Under the pieces are notes generated by a model. It saw nothing but the letters and a program-made list of their open reading frames with translations, was not told where the DNA came from and did not search any database. A program made the position numbers and the translations under genes. A stretch of DNA of 64,000 bases, taken from NCBI GenBank assembly GCA_002686445.1, contig NZCO01000007.1, positions 5,483-69,482 on the forward strand. Direction: 5' to 3'. Positions 1 through 7,178 of the stretch are shown here, one piece after another; within the stretch, counting starts at the first letter, position 1, and the number at the start of each line of letters is the position of its first letter. Origin of the DNA: a bacterium. Lineage in GTDB: Bacteria > Patescibacteriota > Andersenbacteria > UBA10190.

Positions 1-276
1 ATTGTTAACGGCCAGGCTGGGGAGGCATATAACATAGGCAGCCCGGAACGGATGACCTTTGGCGATATGGTGGATGCGATAATTACCACCGTCGGTGCGG
101 GGGATAAGGAGTATCTCCCCTGGCCTGAGGATTACGAGAAGAACGAAACAGGTGATTACGTCGCCGACACCAGCAAAATCGAGCTAGACACCAACTGGCG
201 TCCGCGGGTGAAATTTGCTGATGGCATCGCCGAGATGGTGGCGTACTATAAAGAGAACAAGGAATTATATTGGTAA
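1..276 (+). CDS. NAD-dependent epimerase/dehydratase, C-terminal fragment (5' end outside window)
   Basis: Frame 1 is open from nt 1. It translates as IVNGQAGEAYNIGSPERMTFGDMVDAI...WRPRVKFADGIAEMVAYYKENKELYW, typical of the C-terminal substrate-binding region of GalE/RmlB-type SDR epimerases (YNIGSG-like motif). Confidence 0.55.
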   Translation: MVNGQAGEAYNIGSPERMTFGDMVDAIITTVGAGDKEYLPWPEDYEKNETGDYVADTSKIELDTNWRPRVKFADGIAEMVAYYKENKELYW

Positions 277-283
277 TTGGTAA

Positions 284-2947
284 GTGATCTATTACACGCG
301 TATGAGCACTGCTTTTAAAGTGGGAAGTATCCTATTCATCGTCGTCCTCTTCGGGGGCGTTGTTTTGGCGCAAGCCGTTTCAGTACAGATAGAAGGGGTT
401 AGACATGTTGCCTACACAACTAATGCCGAGGAGCTGACTGCCAATCGTCTGGTTGGACAGACGTTTGTTTCCCCAAAAAAGAATCTGTCGGGCATAGGTG
501 TGTTATTCGCCACCTATTCTGGTAGGACTAACACACAGCAAGTTGAGCTCCATGTGCGTGCTTCGATCACTGACACTACGGACCTGCGGGTAGTGACGGC
601 TGATCCACGAGACTTTGGCGACAATCAGACGTACCGATTTACCTTTGACCCAATTCCGGAGAGCGATGGCGTGACTTTCTTTTTCTACGTGGTTTCTCCT
701 GGCAGTTCACCAGGTGACGCAGTCACCGTTGATCTTGATACCAGGGATCCGTATCACCTCGGCACTGCATTCTTGGTGCGCGGGCCACCCGAACTATTAA
801 ATCAGCCAACGGCGCTTGAGTTTGGCGGTAAGCAGACAATTGATGTGGCCTTTAGTACCTACCACACCGTCCCCGTTCGCACGGCGATCTTAGCGAGAGC
901 AGAGGGCGCGGCCAAGACATTCGTAGGCACCTTCTCCGAGCGACAAGGGGAGTACGGCCTATGGCTGAAGCTGACTGGGCCGGTGCTGGTCATATTGTTG
1001 CTGATGTGGGGCTTGAGTCGAGCGAACATAGAAAGCCGCCTGACCAAACCGCGAATTCTTATGGTGCTGGCGGCTTTAGTGATAGCCGGGTTCATCTGGC
1101 GCCTGTTTTATGCGGTTGATCTACCATTGACCAACGACGAAGGTAATTACCTCTACGACGCCTTTGCCCTACGCCAGGGTGTCTTAGCCGGTGGCGATGG
1201 GTACGTAAAGGCGCCGCTAGTTATAGGCTGGGTTGCACTGTGGCAAATGCTACTGGGTAACAGCATTATAGCCGCGCGCGTCGCGTCGATTGTGGTGGCG
1301 GTCTTGACCGCTGTACCGCTGTACGGCCTAGGTAAAAGCTTCGCTAATAAGCGCGCGGGATTGATGGTTGCGGCGCTGTGGCTACTGGCGGGAGCACCAG
1401 CGGTGTTTGGCATCTACGTTCACACCCAGGCCCTAGCGGTGCTGCTGGGCACTAGTGGCATAGCCCTACTGTGGGCCACACTACGCCAAGACAAACCAGT
1501 GCCCTGGAAATTCGTCATAGCCGGTGTGCTACTGGGGTTGGGTGTTGCGTCACGTAAAAGTGTGCTGGCCTTAGGGCTCCTACCACTCGTCTTTATTCTG
1601 CTCGAGTCTCCGTCATGGCGCCTGCGCGGACAGCGATTGCTCTTTACCGGACTCGGATTCGTTGCCGTGCTATTCATTCTGCTGGGTTATGCGGGCGCGC
1701 TCTACGGCGGGGAAGGGTTGCGGGAAGTAATTGGTTTGAACTCTGCAGAAGACGGGATCACCGCGGTGAACCCAGACGAGATAGAGCAGACACGCGCCTA
1801 TTCAATTCGAGGAGTCACGCCGTTCTTCCGCGAGGCATTCTCCCTGCTGGCGCTGGCGCTCATGGGTTGGGGTTTGGTGCTCGAGCGCACGACGCGTCGC
1901 ATAGTTGGTCTATTCGTCGTGGCGAAGCCGTCCAGGTATGTGCTGTGGCTAGTTGATCATTTGTTGCCTAAAATTGCATGGGTCTTCCCCCTGATCAGTC
2001 TCTGGGTGGCTTGGCAGTTCTTCTTTGAATACGAAGGTGAGATATACCACCGCTTTGGTGGCATGACTGGCCTGTGGTACACGGCTCTCCTACTTATGTT
2101 AGTGGTGCTACTGTGGCCGCGTGGTTCACGAGACGCGTTGCGGTTTACGGAAGCACCTATGGTGCCGGCTAGCACACAGCCGGTCCCATCGCGACTAGGC
2201 AGTATCAAGCCTGGGCCAGGAGAGGCTCTGCTGCACACTGAGCCGGTAGGGAAATTGCTCGCAGCCAGTCTGCTCTTACCGCTGTGGTTTGGCGGACTGT
2301 ATCTCTTCTATACCAACTGGATAAAGTTTCACGCGAATTACATAGTTGAATTTCTGGTGCCGGCCGTCATCTTGGGCGGGGTAGGTGCTGTGTATGTAGC
2401 TGCTCGACTGACGGACATTACTGGCTTTGGAGATCGACTGATACTGCTGGGAGTGTGGTTGCGGCGAGTGAGCGTCATCCTACTGTCCGCGTGGCTATTC
2501 TGGGGACTATACCTTAATAGCTACATTACGCGGACGGTGCCACATACCGGCACCTTTGATCAGGGAGCAGTCCAAGAAGCAGCGGACTGGTTGAGCCAGA
2601 ATGTCCCTGAGGACGAGACGCTGTTTACCGGTGCCGCGGCTATCCCCTACGTCGCTGAACGTCGCATCGCGCTCGATATTGCGCATCCACGATGGTATGC
2701 CTATGAATTCACTCGCAAAAACACGCCTCGCCTGAACACCTTCCTGCCCCCGATCGAGGAAATGCTACATGCGTATCGGACTGCTAATTGGTTCTTGCTT
2801 GATAAGCAGACAGGGTTCTCGTTCCTGATGGAATATAGCGAAATAGAGGCGGGTCTGGAGACTGACTGGCAGAAAGTACACGCCATTGAGAATGGCTCAA
2901 ATACGCTAACCTTTTACCGACGAACGCAGCCGTCTATCGAATTATAG
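284..2947 (+). CDS. GT-C fold membrane glycosyltransferase (ArnT/PMT GT39/83-like) with an N-terminal extracytoplasmic beta-rich module
   Basis: 887 aa. N-terminal hydrophobic anchor or signal (ILFIVVLFGGVVLAQA), then a ~95-aa module (VGQTFVSP...SPGSSPGDAVTV) shared with ORFs 7179 and 9200. Many TM helices follow, with a DEGNYLYDAF motif in the first loop (GT-C DE motif), and a ~180-aa C-terminal soluble domain. The GTG start at 284 versus ATG at 302 is ambiguous. Confidence 0.55.
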   Translation: MIYYTRMSTAFKVGSILFIVVLFGGVVLAQAVSVQIEGVRHVAYTTNAEELTANRLVGQTFVSPKKNLSGIGVLFATYSGRTNTQQVELHVRASITDTTDLRVVTADPRDFGDNQTYRFTFDPIPESDGVTFFFYVVSPGSSPGDAVTVDLDTRDPYHLGTAFLVRGPPELLNQPTALEFGGKQTIDVAFSTYHTVPVRTAILARAEGAAKTFVGTFSERQGEYGLWLKLTGPVLVILLLMWGLSRANIESRLTKPRILMVLAALVIAGFIWRLFYAVDLPLTNDEGNYLYDAFALRQGVLAGGDGYVKAPLVIGWVALWQMLLGNSIIAARVASIVVAVLTAVPLYGLGKSFANKRAGLMVAALWLLAGAPAVFGIYVHTQALAVLLGTSGIALLWATLRQDKPVPWKFVIAGVLLGLGVASRKSVLALGLLPLVFILLESPSWRLRGQRLLFTGLGFVAVLFILLGYAGALYGGEGLREVIGLNSAEDGITAVNPDEIEQTRAYSIRGVTPFFREAFSLLALALMGWGLVLERTTRRIVGLFVVAKPSRYVLWLVDHLLPKIAWVFPLISLWVAWQFFFEYEGEIYHRFGGMTGLWYTALLLMLVVLLWPRGSRDALRFTEAPMVPASTQPVPSRLGSIKPGPGEALLHTEPVGKLLAASLLLPLWFGGLYLFYTNWIKFHANYIVEFLVPAVILGGVGAVYVAARLTDITGFGDRLILLGVWLRRVSVILLSAWLFWGLYLNSYITRTVPHTGTFDQGAVQEAADWLSQNVPEDETLFTGAAAIPYVAERRIALDIAHPRWYAYEFTRKNTPRLNTFLPPIEEMLHAYRTANWFLLDKQTGFSFLMEYSEIEAGLETDWQKVHAIENGSNTLTFYRRTQPSIEL

Positions 2948-2960
2948 GGGTTCAGCGTCG

Positions 2961-3068
2961 GTGAATTGACAAAAGCACCTAATCATTGGCACTATAACAA
3001 CGCTTTAACGAGCGCAGTTAATAGGTACGTTACCAATTAAAAATAGACGTCTCGCAAGGAGCAATTAC
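2961..3068 (+). promoter_or_regulatory. Conserved upstream element, copy 1: TTGACA box, identical 21-bp core, second conserved block and SD
   Basis: TTGACA at 2966-2971. The 21-bp core TTGGCACTATAACAACGCTTT at 2986-3006 is identical to 3678-3698. A second conserved block GGTACGTTACCAA lies at 3024-3036. SD AAGGAGCA sits at 3056-3063, 5 nt before the ATG at 3069. Confidence 0.5.
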
Positions 3069-3626
3069 ATGTATGAACGCTTTACTGACCGCGCTCGCAA
3101 AGTTATGCAGCTGGCCCATCAAGAAGCGCTGCGGATGAATTTTGAGTACATCGGCACAGAGCACGTCCTGCTCGGATTGATTAAAGAGGGTTCGGGTGTT
3201 GCAGCACATGTGCTCAAGAATTTCGACATGGGCCTGCTCAATGTTCGCCAACAGATTGAGAAGCTCCTTGGGGCCGCACCTGCTGACAGGGTCGTGATAG
3301 GCAAGCTGCCGATGACACCGCGCGCCAAGCGGCTTCTCACATTCGCCGCGGCGGAAGCCCGCAATCTAGGGCACAACTGCGTCGGCACCGAACACCTGCT
3401 CTTGGCTCTAACACGATTAGATCAGTCTGTTGCTTGTCACGTCTGGCTCAGCCTAGGACATCGAATTGAGGATGTGCGCAGTGAAGTGTTCCATATGCTT
3501 GACTGTGATGATACTGCAGTGCTACCGGTTGAAACGTATTCCACTACGCGCGTTATCTACGTTGTGGACACGCACACGGTTGTGTCAGGCTGGTGGAACT
3601 GGCTCTACAGAGTTGTTATTGGCTAA
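3069..3626 (+). CDS. Standalone Clp N-terminal domain (Clp_N repeat) protein, no AAA+ module
   Basis: MYERFTDRARKVMQLAHQEALRMNFEYIGTEHVLLGLIKEGSGVAAHVLKNF... is a canonical ClpC/ClpB N-domain repeat 1 (ERFT..A..V...A..EA..L.H.YIGTEHLLLGL). The second half-repeat (LPMTPRAKRLLTFAAAEARNLGHNCVGTEHLLLAL) is more degenerate. It is followed by an atypical aromatic/hydrophobic tail. No Walker motifs are present. Confidence 0.8.
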   Translation: MYERFTDRARKVMQLAHQEALRMNFEYIGTEHVLLGLIKEGSGVAAHVLKNFDMGLLNVRQQIEKLLGAAPADRVVIGKLPMTPRAKRLLTFAAAEARNLGHNCVGTEHLLLALTRLDQSVACHVWLSLGHRIEDVRSEVFHMLDCDDTAVLPVETYSTTRVIYVVDTHTVVSGWWNWLYRVVIG

Positions 3627-3654
3627 TTAGAACCGTTCACGTTGTGGGCGGTTT

Positions 3655-3760
3655 TTAATTGACGAAACGCCCTAAAATTGGCACTATAACAACGCTTTTG
3701 AAGCACCATTAATTCGTACGTTACCAACAAAACATATTCGTTTAGGCAAGGAGCACTGAC
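3655..3760 (+). promoter_or_regulatory. Conserved upstream element, copy 2 (duplicate of 2961-3068)
   Basis: TTGACG at 3659-3664. Identical 21-bp core at 3678-3698. CGTACGTTACCAA at 3715-3727. SD AAGGAGCA at 3748-3755, 5 nt before the ATG at 3761. Confidence 0.5.
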
Positions 3761-4870
3761 ATGTATGAACGCTTTACGGATCGAGCTCGCAAGACCATGC
3801 AGCTGGCCAATCAAGAAGCACAGCGGTATAACCATGAGTACATTGGCACTGAGCATATTTTGCTTGGCTTAGCCAAGGAAGCCTCAGGCGTCGCGGCTAA
3901 TGTGCTCAAGAATCTAGATGTTGACCCAAGGGTGATTGTGCGTGAGGTTGGAAAACTCCTGCTTTCTGGGCCCGACATGGGGGTCACTATGGGCAAGCTA
4001 CCTCAGACCCCCAGGGCCAAGAAAGTCGTTGAGTTTTCCATGGATGAAGCACGCAACCTTCGTCACCATTACGTGGGGACCGAGCATATCTTGCTTGGAT
4101 TACTTCGTGAACTGGAAGGCGTTGCCGCTCAGGTACTGATCAATTTGGGTCTGCAGCTTGAGGCTGTCAGGGAAGAAACACTGAGTCTTTTGGGTGAGGG
4201 CGACCGCGGCCAGTCGTTGCGCGAGCTAGCGGCGGAAGCAGATTTGCCGTCTACTGCGGAGCTGGTCTACGAGCACACTCGTGTCGTCTTCGCAGTGACT
4301 CCGGTTAAGATCGACTGGCTAAGTTGGCTGCGCTCGCGTCGGATAGGGATCAGCTTGCTCGGACTAACTCGGTACTTGTCGTTTTCAGCGGGCTCGACCG
4401 CTGCCAGTAACGAACCCACAGGTCCGCCCAAGGAGAGCGATCAGGTAACGGCTGTGTGGCGCGAGGCAAACACTTTTGCGAAGGCGCAAAGGCGAGAATA
4501 CTTGGCTCCAGCAGACCTTCTCTATGGTGTCGCGGTTTGGGCCACAGATCCGCTGAGAGTGGTGTTGCGCGAGTATAACATCAAGACCGGACCAGTCAGA
4601 GCGGCGGTTGAACTTGCTGTGGGTCTCGGAACTGCTGAGTTCACTATGACCACTCTGCCCAAAACGCCTAACGCCAGGGCGATTCGCAAGGCGATGTGTG
4701 ACAGGGCAGCTGCAGCCGGTAGCGCTGAGGTTACGCTCCTTCATCTGGTCGAAGCATTGCTCGAAGAGCATGATGACGATCTATATCGGGTGATGATTCA
4801 AATCGGATCCCTACCAGAGCACCTAGCCGCGGAGATCCACCAGCGAGTGAGATTGGCGCAGCCCGCCTAA
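3761..4870 (+). CDS. Tandem-Clp_N protein: two complete Clp N-domain double repeats, no ATPase
   Basis: 369 aa. Residues 1-145 form a ClpC-like N-domain (MYERFTDRARKTMQLANQEAQRYNHEYIGTEHILLGL...LPQTPRAKKVVEFSMDEARNLRHHYVGTEHILLGLL). Residues ~230-360 form a second Clp_N-like unit (AVWREANTFAKAQRREYLAPADLLYGV...LPKTPNARAIRKAMCDRAAAAGSAEVTLLHLVEALL). No Walker A/B motifs. Confidence 0.8.
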   Translation: MYERFTDRARKTMQLANQEAQRYNHEYIGTEHILLGLAKEASGVAANVLKNLDVDPRVIVREVGKLLLSGPDMGVTMGKLPQTPRAKKVVEFSMDEARNLRHHYVGTEHILLGLLRELEGVAAQVLINLGLQLEAVREETLSLLGEGDRGQSLRELAAEADLPSTAELVYEHTRVVFAVTPVKIDWLSWLRSRRIGISLLGLTRYLSFSAGSTAASNEPTGPPKESDQVTAVWREANTFAKAQRREYLAPADLLYGVAVWATDPLRVVLREYNIKTGPVRAAVELAVGLGTAEFTMTTLPKTPNARAIRKAMCDRAAAAGSAEVTLLHLVEALLEEHDDDLYRVMIQIGSLPEHLAAEIHQRVRLAQPA

Positions 4871-7126
4871 CTATATGCCGTTTGCTTTTGCAAGCGGTTT
4901 TTTTCTTACCACCAATGCGACGCAGGCCAGTGCGGAGATAGTGCTTACAACAATTCCGAGAGCGAGCGGCCGAGGGCGATAGTGCATCTGCACTAGATGT
5001 GTACCCGGGGGAACATCAATCGAACGGAAGAAAGGATCGACCTGGTTAATAGTTGCTGGCTGACCATCAATGGTGGCCTGCCAGCCTGGGTACCAGGTAT
5101 CACGAACCAGCAATTCGCCCGCGGTATCAGTAGTGACGTCGAGTCGCACGTGCGCCGGTGATACTTGTTTGTAGGTAACCGGGGTAATGACCTCCGGCGT
5201 AATAAGCTCGGCGCGAGGGTAGGTACCGTTTACGTAGATGGTCCCGGCTGCTAATTCGTTTGCCGAGCCGTAGTATGTGCGCATTGTCTCGTCTTCGACT
5301 ACGACGGCGGCGATGTTAAGTTCAGTGACCAAGGTGCCGAAGACTGGTGTGGTCAGACTACTACGCAGTGCTTCGAGCTGCTGACTATGCACAGTCATTG
5401 GCAGAGACGCCGGCCACTCAATGCCCGGCAGACCAAATTGGGCGTATGTAAGCGGGCCTAGTAGTTCTCGATTGCTCCTATCTGCTGCGGGTCGTCGTGA
5501 GGCAGGGTTAGTTAGCAGTAATCCCGTGTCACCACCCTCGCGTCGGAAGGTGGCGATGCGCGCGCGTCCGGCCCTAACTGAGTCCGGGACTTGCTCAAGC
5601 GCCGCGGGCGGCGCTAACAGCGTTTGCCATGAAACCGCTGGGCTGGTGAGCGAAGCAATGATGATGAGCTCGGCTACGGCAATTGCAGTAACGACCCGCC
5701 GTTGCCGATACAGGAGAGCGGCTAAGCCAAGCGTTACCAGGGGCAAGAACGTGAACGGTGAGCGCCAGCTAAGCGCGGAAGTCTGTAGGCTGATTACCAA
5801 CTGCTCAAGTTTATCGATGTAGTAGGCGGGAGACCTGCCAGAAACCAACTCTGGGGCTCGCTCCTGTATAGCCTGGTAGGCTAACGCAGCACCGTTGTCA
5901 GGAACTAACCACAGGCCAACATTGTAGAGCACGACCACCGCCAAGATAGCGACAAAGCCGACTCGCAAGTAGCGCCGCAGAAGCGCAGGCGTTCGTTGCA
6001 GATTATCAAACGCATGTGCGGCCAGTAGCGCACCAGCAAAGGTAGTAAACAATAGCCAGCGAGCGGGGGCGGAAAATAGCCACAGCGACGGCTCGAATCC
6101 CAGTAACCGGAACGGGGACAGATTTCCTAGGGCAAGCAAGAAGGATACGAGCAGCAGTACCCACCAGAATCGCAATTGTCGTCTAATTCTCCAGGCCGCG
6201 GCTGCAAGCAGCAGCGGCAAGGTGCCAATAAAGAAACCATATTCAATCTCGAGCCGTTTACCCCAATACGCTGCATCCGTATCAAAGAAGCGCGGGAATA
6301 CGGCAGTCGGTAGATGATATAGCGGCCAGCTATGTTGGTTCGCCTGCGTCAGATCGAAGTCACCGCCCCCGCGATCAGACAGCCGGGTCAGCTCTGCTGT
6401 CGGCAGGAGCTGTGCAGAGGCTAAGCCAACTGCAAGCACTACAGCCAATAAGAAAACAAGGAGCAAGCGATGCCAGGGGAGACGATTCACCCAGCGCTGG
6501 TGGAACAAATACAGGGCCGTGATACCAGCGGTCATTAGGGGGGTTTGGATGTGACCGGCGAGGAAGGGCAGACCGAAAACAAGAGCTAGTAAGGCAAGGT
6601 GACGCGCGCGTGGCCGCGAAGCGCGAGCGACCGACTGGGCAACCAGCAACTGCCACGGTAGCCAACTCAACACAATAATGATGTTGAAATGAGTGGCGTG
6701 TTGCCATACGAATTGACTCAAGGCAAAAGCGCAGGCGCCGAGTATGGCGGCGAGTGCACTTACGCGTTGGGCGCGCAGTAGCAGATAGGTACCGGCGGCG
6801 GCTGCAAAAATATGTAGGTAAAACAGCGCCGGTAGATACAGCCAGATCGGGAACAGGCGACCAATGAGTAGTAACGGATAAAAGAAGCCTAATTGCGCAG
6901 AGGCGAGCACGGGGAACCCCCAGGCAATGTCGGGATTCCAGGAGGGGAGTCGACCAGCCAGCTGTTCACTCTGGAAGAAGGTCTCCAGGGGAATATACAC
7001 GTCGGCGGTGTCACCCGTGCCGTAGTATTGGCCAGCAAAAATTGGCGCAGCCGCCAACCCAATTACTACTGCCAGGATTACCAGCACGGCGAGGCGTTTC
7101 ATGCGATAATTGTAAGATGAAACCAC
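4871..7126 (-). CDS. YfhO-family-like polytopic membrane protein (GT-C-like glycosyltransferase)
   Basis: 751 aa. N-terminal region ...YIPLETFFQSEQLAGRLPSWNPDIAWGFPVLASAQLGFFYPLLL... is followed by more than 10 TM helices. The C-terminal soluble domain ends ...TWYPGWQATIDGQPATINQVDPFFRSIDVPPGTHLVQMHYRP, the characteristic YfhO C-terminal beta-domain pattern (W..W.a.vDG....i..v......v.v..G.H.v...Y). The start could be the internal Met at ~7102. Confidence 0.6.
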   Translation of the reverse strand: MVSSYNYRMKRLAVLVILAVVIGLAAAPIFAGQYYGTGDTADVYIPLETFFQSEQLAGRLPSWNPDIAWGFPVLASAQLGFFYPLLLIGRLFPIWLYLPALFYLHIFAAAAGTYLLLRAQRVSALAAILGACAFALSQFVWQHATHFNIIIVLSWLPWQLLVAQSVARASRPRARHLALLALVFGLPFLAGHIQTPLMTAGITALYLFHQRWVNRLPWHRLLLVFLLAVVLAVGLASAQLLPTAELTRLSDRGGGDFDLTQANQHSWPLYHLPTAVFPRFFDTDAAYWGKRLEIEYGFFIGTLPLLLAAAAWRIRRQLRFWWVLLLVSFLLALGNLSPFRLLGFEPSLWLFSAPARWLLFTTFAGALLAAHAFDNLQRTPALLRRYLRVGFVAILAVVVLYNVGLWLVPDNGAALAYQAIQERAPELVSGRSPAYYIDKLEQLVISLQTSALSWRSPFTFLPLVTLGLAALLYRQRRVVTAIAVAELIIIASLTSPAVSWQTLLAPPAALEQVPDSVRAGRARIATFRREGGDTGLLLTNPASRRPAADRSNRELLGPLTYAQFGLPGIEWPASLPMTVHSQQLEALRSSLTTPVFGTLVTELNIAAVVVEDETMRTYYGSANELAAGTIYVNGTYPRAELITPEVITPVTYKQVSPAHVRLDVTTDTAGELLVRDTWYPGWQATIDGQPATINQVDPFFRSIDVPPGTHLVQMHYRPRPLALGIVVSTISALACVALVVRKKPLAKANGI
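4878..4904 (+). terminator. Intrinsic terminator for the plus-strand Clp_N gene, embedded in the 3' coding end of the convergent minus-strand gene
   Basis: CCGTTTGC-tttt-GCAAGCGG hairpin (7/8 bp) at 4878-4897, followed by TTTTTTT at 4898-4904. The stop codons of the two convergent genes abut (TAA at 4868-4870, CTA/TAG at 4871-4873). Confidence 0.5.
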
Positions 7127-7178
7127 ATATGAAGCCCAGGCTTTACAGATGGGCTAACATCCGTACTGTAAGGAAAAT

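Noticed and set aside
859-2238. Several 78-113-aa ORFs inside or antisense to the 284-2947 GT-C gene (859-1095-, 1153-1413-, 1420-1677-, 1615-1956+, 1957-2238-)
   Set aside because: They lie entirely within a long ORF that has clear membrane-protein and domain signatures. They are Arg/Pro/Ser-rich, as expected from antisense or out-of-frame reading of GC-rich coding DNA.
2986-3006. The TTGGCAC...core as a sigma-54 (-24/-12) promoter
   Set aside because: TGGCAC is present, but the -12 element 4-5 nt downstream is CAAC rather than TTGC, with 3 of 4 mismatches. Not a credible RpoN site.
5421-7120. ORFs 5421-5822+, 6375-6707- and 6893-7120+ within the YfhO-like gene
   Set aside because: Embedded in or antisense to a 751-aa ORF with recognisable family features. 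No RBS, and composition is typical of spurious GC-rich frames.
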